56,672 bases of DNA, taken from positions 7,686,483 to 7,743,154 of the forward strand of contig MU056050.1 in the NCBI GenBank assembly GCA_013239625.1, read 5' to 3'. The position numbers and the translations under genes were made by a program. The notes beneath the pieces are model-generated. The model had not been told where the DNA came from and did not search any database. It worked only from the letters and a program-made list of their open reading frames with translations. The DNA comes from Lama guanicoe (Eukaryota). Shown piece by piece: positions 1-10,620 of the stretch (position 1 is its first letter; every line of letters begins with the position of its first letter).

Positions 1-590
1 AGCCTCGTCCTGCTCCAAGCCAAGACCCAGCTGCTTGTTTGTCTTTGTGGAGCAAGTTCTCTGGGGGACCAGAATGGAAGGATCCTATCTGCCCCGGGCT
101 GTAGGCCCGTCCCAGTCTGGCCCCTGAGGCTGCTAAGCCCTTCGGTGCGGATGCAGGTCTCACCTCTGCCCCCGCCTGGGTGCTCAGCGCCGGACAATAT
201 GGCGGCTCTGCCTGGGCCCCGCCCCTCTTCCCCTGAAAAGTTTCCGCGGGTTTTCAGAGATGGGGGTATGCACCCTTCCCCCGAGAGCACATCAACCTTG
301 CTGTTTTTTGGAGGGCCCAGGTTGTTCTGTCCTGTACACCCACAGCCCCGGCGCCCAGCCCCTTGCAGTCCCCCGGAGCTGCCTCCGTGCAGCCGCCACC
401 GTCCTCCGCCCGGCTTGGGCAGCCTGGCCCTGCCCCTCGCTGCCGGCCTGCGTCTCAGGCTGGGTGTCGGGGGGACGCTCTGTGCCCGTTTAACTTAGTT
501 CTGTCCGACAAGGGCTGCTCTGTATAGATCCGAGCCTTGGAGGCTCCCTCTCCGTCCCGCTGGCCTCTCGATTGGAGAGGGAAGACCCAG
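1..590 (-). mobile_element. GC/CpG-rich 5' UTR of a young LINE-1, running leftward out of the window
   Basis: Only CpG-rich stretch in the window. It ends abruptly at ~590 against L1 ORF2 sequence and resembles an L1 5' UTR in reverse. The Pro/Arg-rich ORFs here have no protein similarity. Confidence 0.6.
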
Positions 591-768
591 ATGATCCTTT
601 TAATGTATTGTTGAATTAAGTTTGTTAATATTTTGTTGTGGATTTTTTCATATATGTTTATGAGGGATATTGGCCTGTAATTTTCTTTCTTTCTTTTCTT
701 CCTTCCTTCCTTCCTTCCTTCCTTTCTTTCTTTTCTTCCTTCCTTCCTTCCTTCCTTCCTTTCCTTTC

Positions 769-832
<64 letters not shown>

Positions 833-923
833 TTTTTTTTCTTCCTTCCTTTCTTTCTTTCTTTCTTTCNNNNNNNNNNNNNNNNNNTCTCTCTTTCTCT
901 CTTTCTCTCTTTCTCTCTTTCTC

Positions 924-987
<64 letters not shown>

Positions 988-1506
988 GTAGTGTCTGTCT
1001 GGTTTTGGTATCCAAGTAATGCTGGCCTTGTAAAATGAGTTTGGAGTCACTATAAACTTTCCTCATAGAACTCATTTTGCTGCATCCCATAGATTTTAAA
1101 AAGTTGTGCTTCTATTTTCATTCACCTCAAGGTATTTTTTGATTTCCTCTTTAATTTCTTTGTTAATCCATTGATTTTCCTTTTAGTAGCATGTTACTTA
1201 GTCTCCATGTGTTTGTTTCTATGTTAGGTGTATATGTGTTTATGAATGTTATGTCCTTTTCTCATATTGACCCTTTTATAATTATATAAAGTTCTTCTTT
1301 ATGTCTGTTATAGACTTTGTTTTAAAGTCTATTTTGTCATATATGAGTATTGTTACCCCAGCTTTCTTTTCACTTTGATATGCATGGAATATATTTTTCC
1401 ATCCTTTCACTTTCAATTTGTGTGTCTTTAGCTCTGAAGTGAGTCTCTTGTAGGCAGCATATATATGGACCATTTTTTTAATCCATTTAGCCACCCTATG
1501 CCTTTT
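591..1506 (-). mobile_element. Degraded, internally deleted LINE-1 ORF2 fragment (endonuclease and pre-RT segments)
   Basis: Minus-strand translations match L1 ORF2: KWIKK...HKLKVKGWKNIFHA...KKAGVTILIYDKIDFKTK (EN), NLWDAAK-like at ~1075-1095, PNSFYKASITWIPKPD and KKENYRPISLINIYEKIHNKILTNLIQQYIKRII. Confidence 0.92.
681..987 (+). repeat. Compound (TTTC)n/(TTCC)n/(TC)n microsatellite with an 18-N assembly gap at 870-887
   Basis: Visible tandem repeats. They account for the KERK- and FLSF-rich ORFs in the track. Confidence 0.98.
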
Positions 1507-2089
1507 TCTTTTTTTATTGAAGTATAGTTAGTTTACAAGGTTGTATCAATTTCTGGTGCACAGCATAATGTTTCAGTCATACATATACACACATATATTC
1601 CTTTTCATATTCTTTTCCATTATAGGTTACTATGAGATATTGAATATAGCTCCCTGTAGTATACAGTATAAACTTGTTGTTTATCTATTTTATATTTAGT
1701 AGTTAGTATCTGCACATCTCCAACTCCCAATTTATCCCTTACCACCCTGTTCCCCACCACCCCCCGGGTAACCATAAGTTTGTTTTCTGTGTCTGTGAGT
1801 CTGTTTCTGTTGTGTAAATAAGTTCATTTGTATCTTTTTTTTTAAGATTCCACATATAAGTGATATCATATGATATTTTTCTTTCTCTTTCTGGCTTACT
1901 TCACTTAGAATGACGATCTCCAGCTCCATCCATGTTGCTGCAAATAGCATTATTTTATTATTTTTTATGGCCGAGTAGTGTTTCATTGTGTATATATAGT
2001 ACAACTTCTTTATCCAGTCATCTGTAAGTGGACATATGGGTTGTTTCCATGTCTTGGCTATTGTAAATTGTGCTGCTATGAACAATGGA
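1507..2089 (-). mobile_element. 5'-truncated LINE-1 (ORF2 C-terminus and 3' UTR) with target-site duplication
   Basis: ORF 1732-2085 MFIAAQFTIAKTWKQP...ATWMELEIVILSEVSQ is the L1 ORF2 C-terminus. T-rich tail at the left. Flanks AGCCACCCTATGCCTTTT (1489-1506) and AGCCACCCTATGTCTTTT (2090-2107). Confidence 0.93.
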
Positions 2090-3644
2090 AGCCACCCTAT
2101 GTCTTTTGATTGGAGTTATCTTTCTATTATTAAGATCATTCTCTTGGTGCATTTTCAAAGTATTTGGTTTGTAAAAATAAAACAACTTTTCTGGGTGGGG
2201 GGAGTGATGCCTGTTGCATGAAGTAAGGGGATACTATCATCTAGGGAATATTGCCAATAACCCACATTCCCTTATTGTTCCAGGACCCAGTAGCCATTCC
2301 CTAAAGACCCCAAACCTAAACTTCAGGGCAGCCCTAACCTTACTTAATGGACTGTGAAAGGATCTGGGGAAGGAAAGCAGATATCTCAAGTCAGTTACCT
2401 CAGCTGAAACCTCATAGTGTTGGTATTTTGAGAAGAGCCCATAATACTTTCAGAAGGAAAAGAATTGTTTATGTTAGGAGAGATCTAATGTCTTCATTGT
2501 TTCATAACTGTCATGATGTTAAATAAAAAAATGTCACCTGACATTGTCCAACATGGATGGGATGTGGCAAGACACATATCCTTGTATCTTTGAAAAGTTT
2601 TGGTAGGTAGAAGATAGGGCATCCTCACTTCTGAACACTGGTGAAATAGCCTATTGCAGATAGTTTTAAAAAAGCAAGTGTAGGAATAAGGAATTTTCCT
2701 CCCAAGCCTTCAGGGAAAGAGAAAATTATTGCTTTAGAAAACTGAGTACTATTTGAAGAAAAGAAAAACCTCTATGTCTTCCCCTGAAAACTTTGCATGA
2801 GCCTAAGCTAGACTTGAGGAATCACAGTTCTAGCTGAATGTTGAACAGAATGTAGAGAAAAGGCTACCCTGCACTGACCCAATGTTAAATGACACCTTGA
2901 TTATGCTCCAGGACTCTAAGTGAAATCATGCCTGCTATAGCTCTACCCTTTGAAACAGATTAAATCAGCTGCTTAGAGCCCACCTTGAGCTTTTGTCTAC
3001 CAGTTTCCTAAATTTTGATGCAAGAGAATACTGCTGCCTGAGTTTGTCTTAAGCTCTTAAGAGCAAATATTGTTGAACGGAGACTCTTCAAATTCTCTGG
3101 ACTATTTGAGTCTGGGTTATCTGGGAGTCTGGCTTCCAAAGGAAAAATTAGAACATAATGGGGATGTCAGGGGAAAAAAAAGTGTGGAATCACTAGGAGT
3201 AGCAAAAATAAAGATTAAAAATTGCTCTCTTTTTCTCTTACTCTGCCATTCGACCCCCTGCAGTTTATAGCCTCTCAAACTTGTGAATATCCAGTTTACT
3301 GAATTTTCATAATGGTGAGCTCTCTGATGTACAGACATATTAAGTTTCAGAAAAGCTCTAGTTGTTTTTAGTTACCCTCTGGAACTACCCAGAATAAGTA
3401 TAAACTTGCTTTGAAAATACAAATTTTCAAATATTTTAGGATAACTCTTGGTATTCCTCACTACCTAACACCTGAATTATTCGGCATTCCCCAACTGGTC
3501 TATCAAACCTCTACTCTTCTTTCTAATCTATCCTGCAAAAATCTAATATTTAGAAAGAAATTAGATAAAAGACCCCCTTTATCCATCACTTTCCTGCCCA
3601 AGAACCTAAAATGGATTCCCACAGTTTATTTTTTATTGTCCTTT

Positions 3645-4320
3645 TAAAAAAGACAGGACTGTTGAGGTATTATACAGTAAAGTTTACCTTGTTATATGTA
3701 CAGTTCTGAGTTTTAACAAATATATAGTCATTTAGTCACCATCACATCAATGTATAGAATATTTTCATCACCCCCAAAAGTCTCTGTTTACTCCTTTGCA
3801 ATCAATGCCTTTCACACATCCCTGTGACCACCAATCTGATTTCTCTCCTTTATAGGTCTGCCTTTTCCAGAAAGTTATAAAACTGCAATCATAGGATATA
3901 CAGCCTTTTGTGTCTGCCTTCTTTCACATAGGAAAATGCTTTTGAGACTTATCCATGTTGTGGCATATATAAGTAGTTCATTCCTTTCATTGCTAAATTG
4001 TGTTTTGTTGGATAAATGCACCACAATTTGATCATTCATTAGTTGATGGGAATTTTGATTTGATCCTGATTTGTTATCTCTTTTGAAAAAACTGCTATAA
4101 GAATTTTTTGGTAGGTCTTTGTGGATATATGTTTTTGTTTCTTTTGAATAAATACATAAGAATGAGGTGGTTGAGTCATAAGTTATATAGTTAAATTTAT
4201 AAGAAACTGGCAAATTATTTTCCAAAGAGAAAGATTTACTGTTTTGCTTTCCCAACAGCAATGTATATAAGTTCCAGTTGCTCTGAAACCTTGCCAGGTA
4301 TTGTCAGTGTATTTTTGTTA
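3645..4320 (-). mobile_element. Old LINE-1 (L1M-type) 3' end
   Basis: Minus-strand translation ...NELLIYATTWISLKSI...RRQTQK resembles the ORF2 C-terminus, followed by typical L1M 3' UTR. Confidence 0.8.
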
Positions 4321-4323
4321 TTA

Positions 4324-5135
4324 AAAATGAGCAAAGGACTTGAATAAATGCTTCTCCAAAGAAGATATACAAATGGCCAATAGGCACATAAAAGGATGTG
4401 TAATACCCTTAATTATTAGGGAAAAGTAAATCAAACCCAGAATGGGATACCACCTCACACCTGTTAAGATGGGTCCCATCAAAAAAAAAAAAACCAGAAA
4501 AAAACAAGCACTGGCAAGGATGTAGAGAAATTAGAGCCATTGTGCACTGTTGGTGAGAATGTAAGATGATGCAGCTGCTGCGGAAAACAATGTGGAGTTT
4601 CCTCAAAAAGACTGAAAATAGAATAATTATATAATCCAGCAATCTCACTTCTGAATATATACCCAAAAGAATTCAAATCAGGATCTCAGAGATATTTGCA
4701 CATCCATGTTCGTAGCAGCATTATTCACAATAGCCTAAAGACGGAAGCAAGTCAAGTGTCCATCAACAAATGAATGGATAAGCAAAATGTGGTATATCTA
4801 TATAATAGAATGTTATTCAGCCTTGAAAAGGTAGGAAATTCTACATTTCCCATGCTACAACTTGGATGAAACTTGAGGACATTGCTAAGTGAAATAAGTA
4901 AGTCATAAAAAGACAAATAGTGCATGAATTCACTTACATGAGGTACCCAGAGTAGTCAAATTCACAGAGACAGACAATGAAATGGTGGTTGCCAGGAGCT
5001 GGGGGAAGAATGGAATGAGGAGTGATTGTTTAGTGGGTATACAGTTTCAGTTTTTTAAGATGAAAAGAATTCTGGAGTTGGTTGCACAACAATGTGAATG
5101 TACTTAATGCTAGTGGATTGGACACTTAAAAAAAT
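4324..5135 (+). mobile_element. LINE-1 (L1MA/L1MB-like) ORF2 C-terminus and 3' UTR
   Basis: AAATGAGCAAAGGACTTGAAT...CAAAGAAGATATACAAATGGCC, GCAGCATTATTCACAATAGCC and GGATGAAACTTGAGGACATT are hallmark L1 3' sequences. Confidence 0.9.
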
Positions 5136-5139
5136 AAAG

Positions 5140-5432
5140 CAAACTAGGGAATGTAGCAAAGCAGAAACAGACTCTCAGATATAGAGGACAAACTAGTGGT
5201 TACCAGCAAGGAGAAGGAAGTGGGGAGGGGCAAGTTACTGGTAGGGGATTAAGAGGTACAAACTACTATGTATAAAATAGATAAGCCACAAGTATATATT
5301 ATACAGTGCAGGGAATGTAGCCAATATTTTATAATAACTTTAAATGGAGTATAATCTATAAAAATATTGAATCACTATGCTGTACACCTGAAACTAATGT
5401 AATATTGTAAATCAACTATACTTCAATTAAAT
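5140..5432 (+). mobile_element. Short LINE-1 3' UTR fragment (laurasiatherian type)
   Basis: GAAACAGACTCTCAGATATAGAGGACAAACTAGTGGTTACC...TGTACACCTGAAACTAAT...GTAAATCAACTATACTTCAATTAAA. Confidence 0.85.
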
Positions 5433-5449
5433 ACAGACAAACAAACCCA

Positions 5450-5829
5450 ACTTTATTATGTTATAACTCTGCAGATCAGAAGTTTCGGACTGGTCTCTCT
5501 TGGCTAAAACGAAGGTGTTGGCAGGCTTGTTTTACTTTCTGGAGGCTCAAGGGGGTGTAATTTGTTTTATTGCCTTTTCCAGCTTTTAGAGGATGCCCAC
5601 ATTAATTGGATTGTGAGCCCTTTTCAGCTTCTAAGCCAGCAATGGCCAGTTGAATTTTTCTCTTGTCGCATCATTCTGACACTGACTTTTCTGCCCCCTC
5701 TTCTATTTTTAAGGATCCTTGTGTTTCCATTTGGGCCTACTGACTAATACAATCTGACATAATACATTCACAGGTTCTGGGCCTTAGGACATAGACATCT
5801 TTTGGGGGCCATTATTTTGCCTACCACAA
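5450..5829 (-). mobile_element. MaLR LTR (MLT1D-like), partial
   Basis: The reverse complement begins TGTGGTAGGCAAAATAATGGCCCCCAAAAGATGTC, the MLT1 5' terminus. Confidence 0.75.
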
Positions 5830-8800
5830 TCATGATGCATGTTCCTTTGTATATATTACTGGATTTAGTTTACTGATATTTTTGTTAAGACTTTCTGTAT
5901 TTATGTACCTGAGGGATATTTGTCTGTACTTCTCTTTACTGGCGATGCCCTTGTTTAGTTTTGATATCAGAGAAATGATGGTATAATAATAAGTATTGGA
6001 CAATGTTTCTTATACTTGTATTTTCTGGAAGAGTTTGTTTCTAATTTATGTTGTTGTTTTTGCTTGTTTGATGGCTTCTAACTATGAATCCAATTTCTAT
6101 AGTAGACATAGGACTGTTTAGGTTGCTTATTTTTTCTTGAGTGAAAAATGGTAGTATTGTTCAAGGAATTTGACCATTTCATCTAACTGATCAAATTTTT
6201 CAGCAAAAATTGTTGAAAATAGTCCTTTATTATCCTTTGTAAGTTCTGCAAGATTTGTAGTAATGTCCCTCCTTTCTTTTGTAACACTGGTAATTTATGT
6301 CTTTTTTCCTTTCTTTTTAAAATTGAAGTATCACGAGTTACAATGTGTCAATTTCTGGTATACAGCATAATGTTTCAGTCATACATGTACATACATATAT
6401 TTGCTTTCATATTCTTTTCATTATAGCTAACTACAAAATATTGAATATAGTTTTCCCTGTGCTATGCAGAAAAAATTTGTTTTTTATCTATTTTATATAC
6501 AGTAAGTATTTGCAAATCTCAAACTCCCAGTTTATCCCTTCTTACCCGCTTTCCCCTGGTAACCATAAATTTGTTTACTATGTCTGTGTGTCTGTTTCTG
6601 TTTTGTAGATAAGTTCATTAGTGTTTTCAGATACCAACACAAAGTCCTTCTATATCCTTATTTATTTTCTTCTTACTTGTTCTATTGTAAAATGAGAGAG
6701 AAGTGTTGAAATATCCAACTGTAATAGTGTATTTATCTTATTCTCCTTTCGGTTCTGACAACTTTCGTTTTGTGTATTTTGAAATTCTGTTGATAGTATA
6801 CACACATTTAGGATTGTGATGTCTTCTTGATGAACTGAAGTCCTTATTATTATGCAATGTCTCTACCTCTGGTAGTAATATTACTTGTTCTGAAGTATTC
6901 TTGCACTGATATTCATTCATATAGTCATTCCAGCTTTATTTTTGGTTAAGGTTTTTATGGTATATCTTATTTTCCTTCACTTTACTTTTCATCTATCAGG
7001 AATTTTATATTTCTAGTGAGCTTCTTGTAAAAAGCATATAACTGGGTCTTGCTTTTATAGCCAATATGACAATATCTACCTTTTCTGTGGATGTTCAGAC
7101 TTTATATTTAATGGAATTGTTGATATAGTTAACATTTACATCTATATCTTAGTAATTGTTTTTTGCTAATCTCATCTGTTATTTATTAATTTTTCCTCTT
7201 TTCCTGTTTTATTTTGAATAGATTGTATATTTATGATGCCATTTTATCTCCTCTCTTGACTTATTTAGGCTCTTTTAAAATTTTTGTTTATTGGTTTCAC
7301 TATGATTTATAATATACAGCTTTAATTAGTCACAGTCCAACTTCAAATAATAGTATACAATTCACATATAGAATAAGAACCTTACACCAGTATGTTACAA
7401 ATTACTTATTCATATCTATTGTGCTATTGTTGCTAGGCAATTTACTTATTTATGTTATAAATTTCAAAATATGTTTTACTATTTTTTCTTGAGATTGCCT
7501 ATTTAATTTTAAAGAGACTAAAATATTCAAAGAATGCCTTTTATATTTATTTTTATTTTTATCATTCTTGGCGCTTTTCATTTCTTTCTATAGATCCAAG
7601 TTTCCATCTGGTATCTTATTCTTTCTGCTTAAATAACTTCCCTTAACATTTCTTGTAGTACGTGTTTACTAGAAGTAAATTCTCTCAGCTTTTGTGTGAG
7701 AAAGTCTTTATTTTCTCTTCATTATTGAAAAATATTTTCAATAAGTATGGATTTCTAGGTTGGCATATATTTCTGTTCATACTTTAAATATGCCACTGAG
7801 TTATCTTCTGGCTTGCAAGTTTCTGATGAGAAGTCTACCTTGATTTTAATTTTTGCTCCTTTAAATGTACTGCATTTCTTTACCATCAATATTTTGTCTT
7901 ATAGATGGTTTTCAGAAGTTTAACTTTGATTTATCTTGAAATGTGTATTTATATTTATCCACATCTGGCTCTTGGATATGTGGTGTGTAACCTTTCATTA
8001 TTTTTTGAAAATTCTCAGTTATTCTGTTTTCAATGGATTCCTCTGCCCCATTTTTTTCCCTGCCTCTTCTCTGAGACTCAAATTGCTTGTATGTTAGTCA
8101 ACTATATATTGTCCCACAACTTTTGGGTGCTTTGTTCTTTTTTTTTCCCTCACTTTTTCCCTCTCTTTGCATTACAGTTTGAATAATTTACGATGACCTA
8201 TCCCCAAGTTCACTAATCTTTTCTTTGATCGTATCCATCTATTAATGAGGCCATCAAAGGCATTATTCATCTGTGTAAACTCATTACTGTATTACTTTGT
8301 TACTGTGTTTTTAAAAAATTTATAGTATTTCCATTTTTCTCTTCCATGTAGTTTCCATTGCTGTGCTGAAATTCTCCATCTGTTCATACATGTTCATCCA
8401 TCTTTTTCACTAGGTCATTTATCATATTTATTATAGTTATTTTAAAGTATCTTTCTAATCATTGCAATAGCTGCAACAACTCTGAATGAGATTTGGTTGG
8501 TTGCTTAATTTCTTGACAATAAATCATTTTTTCTTGCTTTTCTATTTGTCTCTTAATTTTTCATTTAATAGCAGACAATGTGTTTAGAAGAATACTAAGA
8601 ACTAAGGTAAATAGTTATGCCTAGATATGAAAGATATGAACCTGCCTCTTCCTTTATAGGGCCATTTAATTGTGAAACTAAGTCAATCCACTCAGTACTT
8701 GAGCAGGTTTTGTGACTTGTGCTATCATTATCATCAGTGTACCACTGGCTTTGAATTCTTATAAGCTGCTAATATCACATCCTTAGAGTGTGAATTGTGT

Positions 8801-9500
8801 TGCCACAGGGTTTTTCTCAGTGTTCCTGTTTTCCCCTCAGCTTTCAGTTGCCCTTGCATGCCTGGGCCACAGAGGGGAGTTCTTTCTATGTTCTTGCCCC
8901 TCCTTCAACAGAAAAATGCTGTTGCTTGTTATTTTGCACTGGGATCCTCATGGGGGCATAGCATGTTCTCTGTTTTCTTGGTCCAGTGTCAGTCTCAGAT
9001 AGACCCTGTACACCAGGGCTTCAGGAAAGAAGCTTCTTAGTACTCCCAGCCATCCTCACACTGGCAATGATCTGCCTTGTATCTGTTTTTGGTCTTGGAC
9101 AGAAGTTTCCTGTCCCTCTTCCAGTTGTAGCAGAGCTCTGTGTGTTATGTTTGTAGGATCCTGGATCCAAGAAAGGTTCCTGCTTCTGTTTCAGAAGTAG
9201 AGGGATTTGCTTATATTCTTCCCCCGGGGGCAAAGGATTTTTCTTGACTTCTGGGTAAAAGATTCCTTATGCTTTCCTTAGAGACAGACAAGTATGCCTT
9301 CAACTTTCCCTCCGCCAACCCTCAAAGCAATAGATCTTTGCCTGTGCCATGGATGTGAGAGAATTTTCTGCCTTATGCCTAGCATCTTAAGGCTTTTGCT
9401 TCATAGGAGAGAAGAGTCTGAGAAAGCTTGCAGGGAAGTCTTTCTCCCATCCTTTTTGTGAATATCCAATGTAAGTGTATGAACAATAGTATATGTGTGA
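5830..9500 (-). mobile_element. Long, old, degraded LINE-1 (L1M-type) body
   Basis: T-rich + strand with ORF2-like remnants (e.g. GAGGGATATTTGTCTGTA, minus-strand KYTKRKLSEPKGE), then ORF1/5'-region-like sequence. The right boundary is uncertain. Confidence 0.7.
6314..6624 (-). mobile_element. Short younger LINE-1 3' UTR insertion nested in the old L1
   Basis: Closely similar to 1515-1830 (ATTGAAGTAT...CAATTTCTGGT...CAGCATAATGTTTCAGTCATACAT...GGTAACCATAA). Confidence 0.88.
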
Positions 9501-10358
9501 ATGTGAACTTCCCTTGTGTTGGACAGACAGCTATTCCACACAACATACTATTTTGAACTCCTCCCCAGCCTGTTTATCTTATATGGAAATGAAGCCAGTC
9601 TATTCATTGTTCCCATACATGGAATATTCAAAGCTGTCTTTGTGTCTTTGCTTATCCTGTTCTTTTGTATGGAAAGCCCTTTTTTCTTTTCTATAAGTTC
9701 TCAAATCCTTCTTAGACAAATTCAACTTTTACTTCCTTCTTGATAATTCCAGCCAACTTTAACTACTTCCTTGTTGATCTCCCTTATAGCTTATTTTTAA
9801 TCTATTTTTGCCTCCAATTTACAAGTGGACCTTTAAACGTGTACTACTTAGTACTTTACTACACTGTGTTATATTGTTCCCTAACGGTGTCATAGGGTCT
9901 AGCCAGATATACAGTAGGCATCCAATGCCATGGCAATAGAATTTAGTTAGAAAAAATGTATTAAACCACTCTTGTGTCACACTGACTGCAATAATAAAAA
10001 CAAATGCAGCTATTATAGCATCCTTTTGATTGGTCTTTGTATGGTATTAGCCCATTAGCAGATTAATTTAGCAAATGAACTCTGAAAGGCAGTATAATGT
10101 TACAAAAAATACATAAAAATACATAAGCACTGAAGCCCACTGAATTGCATTCTTGGCTCCATAATTTATTGGTTGTGTGACTTCGGGCAAATTACTTAAC
10201 TCTTCCTAAAGATTAAATGAGATAATATTGTCAACTTAGGCATAGAGAAGATGGTCCAGGGTGAAGAGATGTAAAATAGGTTAAGTTGGCTGGGAACAAG
10301 AGAAGGCAAAAGACTAGGGTGTTGTCTGGAAAGGGTGAAACTAGAATATAGCCTTACT

Positions 10359-10413
10359 CTGTGTGTGTGTGTGTGTATGTATGTGTGTATGTGTGTTTGT
10401 GTGTGTATGTGTG
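10359..10413 (+). repeat. Imperfect (TG)n microsatellite
   Basis: Visible tandem repeat. Confidence 0.9.
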
Positions 10414-10489
10414 TTGTGGGGTGGGGGAAGTGGCATTGGGTAGACAACAAGGAATGAAGTAGTATAATTTTAAAGATATTGGCAGCAGA

Positions 10490-10620
10490 GTCATAAAAAT
10501 CAGGTTCAAGACTTAGCTCTGACACTACTTAGCTTTGTGGATCTTAGGCATGCCATCACACCTTCTTGGACCTCAGTTTCTTTATCAGTAAAATGGATAG
10601 AGTCATCAAACTTGCATGAA
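10490..10620 (+). mobile_element. MIR SINE
   Basis: GGTTCAAG...CTCTGACACTACTTAGCTTTGTG...GGACCTCAGTTTCTTTATCAGTAAAATGG, the MIR core. Confidence 0.75.

Noticed and set aside
145..498. 117-aa Pro-rich ORF
   Set aside because: It stays open because of the high GC content of the putative L1 5' UTR. It starts at GTG and has no recognisable domain.
455..1090. Lys/Glu/Arg-rich and Phe/Leu/Ser-rich ORFs (also 44925-45152)
   Set aside because: They are translations of (TTTC)n/(TTCC)n microsatellites, not genes.
3645..5135. Head-to-head L1 pieces suggesting a twin-priming inversion
   Set aside because: Both pieces cover the same ORF2 C-terminal region and have different 3' UTRs, so they are independent insertions.
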